A stretch of 64,000 bases of DNA from Tubiluchus corallicola (lineage: Eukaryota; Animalia; Priapulida), in the NCBI GenBank assembly GCA_030141605.1, contig JAQGDQ010000218.1:248001-312000 (forward strand), written 5' to 3'. The notes below the pieces were generated by a model that saw nothing but the letters and a program-made list of their open reading frames with translations, made no database searches and was not told where the DNA came from. Both the position numbers and the translations under genes were made by a program. Shown here in pieces: positions 60,801-64,000 of the stretch (the stretch's first letter is position 1; each line of letters begins with the position of its first letter).

Positions 60801-63484
60801 TAAATTCGTATGGTTTCCAAAATGTACCTATTAACACAAATAAAATAACTTTAACTTGCAGTTTTTTTGCAGTAATACAGCAGCATAGTATCAAGCTTAC
60901 ACAGTAAAACGTTACACATGCGTGGTAAATTAATTTTAGAACGATCATAAGGATACTAATATCGATTGTGAGTAAAAGGGCTTGTATAGAATACAGTACT
61001 ATAAGAAGTAAATATTTCCTATTATGTAATAACGTGGGTGAGATAATTGTTATTATAATACTAGTATACACAATTGTTACGTTATAATCTTTACACGAGT
61101 TAGGATGGATTGGCCTATTTTGCCATATTATGTAAAAATTCACTAGCAGCAGTGCTAAAAATTTTCTGTTATTCAGTGTCATCATTAAAATCATAATAGA
61201 ATAGTAAAAAAAGGAGTTTTATAACAGGTTTACGCAGACTAGCTTTAAAGTTCAGAGTAATGTCTAAAACCAAGCTAAACGATACTAGGCCTATATGAAC
61301 TTGGAGATAAGCTCTTTAAAGGCTTTGGTTAGTATGTTTTCAATCTCGGATTTTACAACTGGTTCCTGAGTTAACAGCAGCGGTTCATTTTGGCTTGGCA
61401 GTGTTGTAGAACATTTATTAGGATAATGAGCTTTAGCCGATTCTGTGTAGTACAAACTGCTTCGTTCAGATGGCTCTCTCCGGTTCGAAACGGAGTAGGC
61501 TCGCTGTGGGTCGTTAATTACTGGCGTTGGGAGAAGACCAGGTTTCTTAACTGCGTCTGAATAGCTGGTATTGTGAGATGAACCAATACGTAAATTAAAC
61601 GAGTTATTTAGGCGCGAAATTGCAGAATTGTGTTGGTATGGGTTTGTATGGGACATTGGCTTGCGTCTTGTTTTCACGTACCAACGCTTAGGATCATTGT
61701 GTAAACATAAGTTCAGTCGTTCTGCTAATTTTGATACACCAGCACGACTTAAATGTAAACCGTCTCTTGCCATTAACCCTTCAGCTAAAAAATGACTTTG
61801 AATGTTGCACAATAAATAGCCCTCTTTGTTAGCTAAATAGACTAGATCATCATTGAAAGAGCGTATAAGCTCGTTTGTCAGAAAGATATTACATGGTTTT
61901 GCATTAAAATGCTTACTTTTTGAAGTCAGCGGTATATTACAAATAAAAATGTTTGCAGCTTTAAACTTACTTGCAATGTTTTTTGCACAGTTGTCTGCAA
62001 TTGTAATGATGTCTCTAACTGATGATTCTTTGTCGATTTGCTGTCCAACCTCGTCGCATTTTTGCGCTAGCCGTCTTATGTCATTTACACCACAAGCGAT
62101 GATCACATTTTCAAGCTTCATAGCTGGATAATGGTTTAACACTTTTGTGCTTAACTCTTCTAATGTTAAGCCTCTGTATGAGTGTACCTGGACGTTTTGC
62201 CCGATGTCCTTTGGATTTAAGTATACGGTCCGTGAGTCTCCCAGGACTAGCGTTTGAGTGGTTGCATGTATGGTCTTATGATTTTTCCTTCTTTGATTCA
62301 CAGTTATTGTGGCATTGCAAGTTTCCTTTTCCTGCAAGGTTTCGCCCTGCGATGGAAGGTCATTATTGCCGTGTTTCGATGAGGAGGTGTCTCCATTCAC
62401 AAGCAAAGTTTGACTTGCTTCATCTGTGTGACTGGGATCTTTGGAGGAATTATCACTTGTTTGGTTGCTTACATTTCGTTTTCTTTTTTGTAGTTCAGAG
62501 AGTTCCGTTGATAATTTATGAACCTTTTCGATGAGAGTTGACTGCTCTTTATAGCTGGCAGCTAGTTTTGACTCCAAGCATTGAATTGTCTTTTTACTCT
62601 CTTTTTCCTCATTTTTGGTTTTTATTTGTAAGGCAATTAGCATTTGTTTATATCGTTCGCCCTCTGGATCACCAACAAGTACGAAGTCGGGAAACACAAT
62701 TTCTGCCGCCTCGTGTCCATCATTTCCCATATTCGTCGTTTGCCTATGTTTTTTGAAGCACCTTTCGCACGTTGCAAGAAATAGCTGATTTTTATTTATT
62801 GGATTTTTTGCACTTTTGCAAAGCGTGCAACTTTTCCTTGCCATTCATGTATGTCTTTTAACATATACTTTGTTCGACGTAGTATCTTTTAACTATAAGT
62901 AAATTTGTACAGCCTTGGCCTCACGGCCTAATCACAATCTATTCAACACTAACTGGTATAATTAGCAACCGGAGCACGAGACAAACGATGTGCACCGGAC
63001 AACTGACAACTGACCATCTTGACTCTTAAATCTTGAAAATCGTACATAAGTTTTTTCCCTCTTTAGAATTTTTCAGCAAGCTCACAAAATGTCTTCCAGA
63101 AGCTCCGTTATTGGGGATCAATTTCTCCGGAAGTGTTTAATAGGGTTGATAAAACAATAAACTCCTGACAAAGTTTTTCACCCGGCCAAAACTTGTAGAG
63201 TAATCTGAATATATTAGCTCAAAGTTCATAGTTCTCTAATATCGAATTTGACAATTCATAAATATGATATTATATTGTTTGTATTTTTCCCTGCAAGTTT
63301 ATGTAAAAAAAAGCTCCCTTGAAACTCTGTAATCCAGCCGTACTTAGTTTCCAATAATTCAGACCCGCAAATGTGTAGACGTTACCTGGTGTTTTCCATG
63401 CTCATCCATGCGGATTCCTTCCGCGGCGATTTGTTTCGCTCTGACGAAGATCGCATCCGTGACTGTCTGTTTGCTCATTATCAT
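34764..63484 (-). CDS. VPS9D1: VPS9 domain-containing protein 1-like (N-terminal MIT-like helices, coiled coil, VPS9 GEF domain); 14 coding exons, exon 3 duplicated
   Basis: GT-AG exons in transcript order with consistent phases: 63484-63386, 56621-56549, 55065-54991 (or copy 54961-54887), 53927-53735, 51640-51532, 48962-48847, 48284-48200, 47252-47167, 43959-43497 (alternative donor 43464), 43006-42789, 40551-40358, 39445-39367, 36894-36790, 34848-34764. Peptides: [86 protein letters not shown]. Start could be 63478. Confidence 0.92.
34975..35477. repeat. ~142-bp tandem repeat, about 3.5 copies, in the last VPS9D1 intron
   Basis: Repeated gggggcacgcatggttgaggagaggacgctatg... Confidence 0.85.
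35694..36682. mobile_element. hAT-like non-autonomous element
   Basis: Imperfect TIR gaggggtgagcag / ctgctcagcccta; TTCGAA subterminal motifs; partial TSD atttttgt/atttttac. Confidence 0.65.
36858..38145 (-). repeat. 72-bp minisatellite of intron end, acceptor and first ~12 codons of VPS9D1 exon 13 (18 units including the real exon)
   Basis: Unit ...ctgttttattttccattacag|tggtgcagacgatcttgtgcccatcct...; frame stays open (ORF 36777-38192). Confidence 0.95.
38351..38715 (-). mobile_element. 5'-truncated copy of the LINE at 57071-63010
   Basis: Near-identical to 57078-57413; next to (TA)n; interrupts a repeat seen intact at about 24200-24390. Confidence 0.9.
38812..39347. repeat. 67-bp minisatellite x8, beginning about 20 nt into the intron after VPS9D1 exon 12
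   Basis: Unit caatgatgaaaaatgacgtgtaaaaacacgcaagacaaaaacaatgtaaaactgaacttg.caaaaa. Confidence 0.9.
40683..41115. mobile_element. ~270-bp dispersed repeat, 1.5 tandem copies; inverted copy at about 42175-42460 and another at about 34468-34700
   Basis: Shared caattacttgtggtgtattagaaa...gtgttacaaaatgtgccc sequence. Confidence 0.8.
41723..41985. repeat. 88-bp tandem repeat x3 derived from a MITE internal segment
   Basis: Unit contains cgtcgttaaacgaaactgtgcgtcattaagtgaggaaaaggtgtcaact, also at 43116-43164. Confidence 0.9.
44205..45295. repeat. 42-bp minisatellite
   Basis: About 25 copies of atgtattcaccgtatttactacataaattcactatattacta. Confidence 0.95.
45443..47062. repeat. 30-bp minisatellite (about 54 copies)
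   Basis: Unit gtacttcttttactgtcatgactgtacatt; highly homogeneous. Confidence 0.97.
47241..47538 (-). repeat. 18-bp minisatellite made of the VPS9D1 exon 8 splice acceptor (16 units)
   Basis: Sense-strand unit ttctcttacag|gcgtggc; the last unit runs into the exon [13 protein letters not shown]. Confidence 0.95.
49004..49112. repeat. 41-bp tandem repeat about 40 nt upstream of the VPS9D1 exon 6 acceptor
   Basis: gggtccccactcgctaccttcaacctctcccagaggggacc, about 2.6 copies. Confidence 0.85.
51802..51858. repeat. (AAT)n microsatellite
   Basis: Direct observation. Confidence 0.95.
51871..51990 (+). rRNA. 5S rRNA: 5S rRNA-derived sequence (pseudogene or SINE head)
   Basis: 120 nt following the metazoan 5S consensus with several substitutions: gactacggc...ccggttctcgtc.gat.accgaag..aagcaac...ggttagtact.ggatgggtgacc.cct.ggaatacc.ggtgctgtaggctt. 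No oligo-T terminator. Confidence 0.9.
51871..52427 (+). mobile_element. Putative 5S rRNA-headed SINE (SINE3-like) with GC-rich body
   Basis: 5S head runs into a ~435-bp GC-rich body; flanked on both sides by aataataatctttatt (candidate TSD). Confidence 0.7.
53468..53560. repeat. 23-bp tandem repeat x4 with internal palindrome
   Basis: Unit acctggcacggtgccagcagttg. Confidence 0.9.
54161..54688. repeat. 50-bp minisatellite (about 10 copies, some 55 bp)
   Basis: Unit aaacaatgggcaccatgttctaacacaaattctatgctctgctgttgggc. Confidence 0.9.
54869..55081 (-). repeat. 104-bp tandem duplication containing the whole VPS9D1 exon 3 with both splice sites
   Basis: Exon copies at 54991-55065 and 54887-54961 separated by 29 nt. 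Confidence 0.92.
57276..59182 (-). CDS. LINE ORF2 reverse transcriptase part (frameshifts at about 59217 and 57533)
   Basis: [42 protein letters not shown] shifted frame continues ...[10 protein letters not shown]...FKTKLK to a stop at 57276. Confidence 0.93.
59179..61194 (-). CDS. LINE ORF2 N-terminal part: 300-aa hydrophobic leader, 2A-like motif, APE endonuclease
   Basis: [14 protein letters not shown] at residues 288-301, then [41 protein letters not shown]. Confidence 0.9.
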   Translation of the reverse strand: MILMMTLNNRKFLALLLVNFYIIWQNRPIHPNSCKDYNVTIVYTSIIITIISPTLLHNRKYLLLIVLYSIQALLLTIDISILMIVLKLIYHACVTFYCVSLILCCCITAKKLQVKVILFVLIGTFWKPYEFTSCIIVDISNVSYHKITKFICDHGSLCIFNAKYQTVKFFYCNYAYVLVILRTLLSILKLKMIYVTVICNVMTKGNLNNFFIAFPVNSDRIRHSMQFILKRFVSILKVVYLSAIRQMRHVNLKYVALKKLEKLQISSKFESTLYSCSELAYILTIIRLLLILGGIETNPGPILPNNNNNNTNNNNTSDKLKKFMITYKKNIKFLNINIQSLVKKHWLLKDTIHATENLIVGITETWLHKQILSNTIELPNHTLIRRDRCKNKKGGGVAMYIPSHLRPQEMKGIRTGKIESVWCSIENYVIGTIYRPPNLKHKTFFKYFSEELERSVFENKKVLIMGDFNLDILATNTLAYKTYTELLKQYNVHILNNNKPTRISKTSATVIDHFISNSNNNFVAYDTFPCDYSDHHFIILVDKMTPQHNNNQNSVWHLMRDYAQYNKHSYLIDLAKMNWTSIYMTDKIDTQVNILTYNVEYCLNVHAPYKNVKQIPQQSKLNNESTWTTPELDKLRIAKNRMYNIWEKNKTKNNHNNYKKREINLIILINA
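61291..62844 (-). CDS. LINE ORF1p: N-terminal Cys pairs, coiled coil, SGNH/GDSL esterase-like domain
   Basis: CTLC...CERC; heptad-rich segment; VLGDSR, RGLT, CGVND and RDGLHL blocks. Confidence 0.88.
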   Translation of the reverse strand: MARKSCTLCKSAKNPINKNQLFLATCERCFKKHRQTTNMGNDGHEAAEIVFPDFVLVGDPEGERYKQMLIALQIKTKNEEKESKKTIQCLESKLAASYKEQSTLIEKVHKLSTELSELQKRKRNVSNQTSDNSSKDPSHTDEASQTLLVNGDTSSSKHGNNDLPSQGETLQEKETCNATITVNQRRKNHKTIHATTQTLVLGDSRTVYLNPKDIGQNVQVHSYRGLTLEELSTKVLNHYPAMKLENVIIACGVNDIRRLAQKCDEVGQQIDKESSVRDIITIADNCAKNIASKFKAANIFICNIPLTSKSKHFNAKPCNIFLTNELIRSFNDDLVYLANKEGYLLCNIQSHFLAEGLMARDGLHLSRAGVSKLAERLNLCLHNDPKRWYVKTRRKPMSHTNPYQHNSAISRLNNSFNLRIGSSHNTSYSDAVKKPGLLPTPVINDPQRAYSVSNRREPSERSSLYYTESAKAHYPNKCSTTLPSQNEPLLLTQEPVVKSEIENILTKAFKELISKFI

Positions 63485-64000
63485 CTAACGACAGCAGCTG
63501 AACGAATAAAAACATTTTTTGATGAAATGGTGACACTTTTATAAGTTTTTTACTGTTAAATTACATTCTTACCTAATGCAGTACCAAAATGAATAAAAAC
63601 ATTTTTTTCAAGAAATGATTCAACATGTCCAACATTAGTACGTTTGTTACAATAAAATTAACGCAGGTTAGTTCTCAGTTAAACAATGCTAAAATTAGCT
63701 TCACCTTGTCTGAATTTTTTATTTGCATTAACTTTGCTTATTTTTTCAAAATTGACCTTTTCCGGTTGCAAGCTGGACCTTCGGCATCCGGCGCTGCTAA
63801 AGAGACAGATTGTCCAAATGTACCCAAAAAGCAATAAATCTAGCCTTTTTCAGACAATCTTAGTCTATTGAGTAGGTTAGTCTGGTGTACACTTGCGTGA
63901 TCGTACACACTATTTTATTGATCGCCTGGTTGCTACAGCCCGAGAGAAGTGTCTGCTGTGAAGAACTCGAGGAAAACTAACAGATCAGCCAAGGACAAAC

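Larger units (their letters stand above)
57071..63010 (-). mobile_element. Near-full-length L2/CR1-group LINE in VPS9D1 intron 1 (same strand as the gene)
   Basis: ORF1 esterase plus ORF2 APE-RT; 3' end aaataaagattatta(TA)n; 5' boundary approximate. Confidence 0.93.

Noticed and set aside
63600-64000. Possible divergent gene start upstream of VPS9D1
   Set aside because: Only short ORFs without recognisable product; the window ends before this can be assessed.

Overview
AT-rich metazoan (probably invertebrate) genomic DNA, not prokaryotic. Two intron-rich endosomal-trafficking genes lie tail-to-tail: VPS4 (+, 12 coding exons, 15200-30679) and a VPS9D1-like MIT/VPS9 GEF gene (-, 14 coding exons, 34764-63484). 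Mobile DNA includes a near-full-length Gypsy LTR retrotransposon (2599-14061, -) with a tRNA-Pro PBS, a -1 frameshift signal and an extra C2H2 zinc-finger ORF in the env position. There is also a near-full-length L2/CR1-group LINE (about 57071-63010, -) whose ORF2 starts with a 300-aa hydrophobic peptide and a 2A-like motif, a 5S rRNA-headed SINE-like element, LINE fragments, and many hAT/Tc1-type MITEs. The most striking pattern is tandem repeats seeded on splice junctions of both genes. These include 18 in-frame 72-bp copies of the acceptor plus catalytic GADDL codons of VPS9D1, 16 in-frame 18-bp copies of another acceptor, repeated donors, and one whole exon duplicated with a 29-nt spacer. 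Gene names come from recognising the manually spliced translations; no database search was run.
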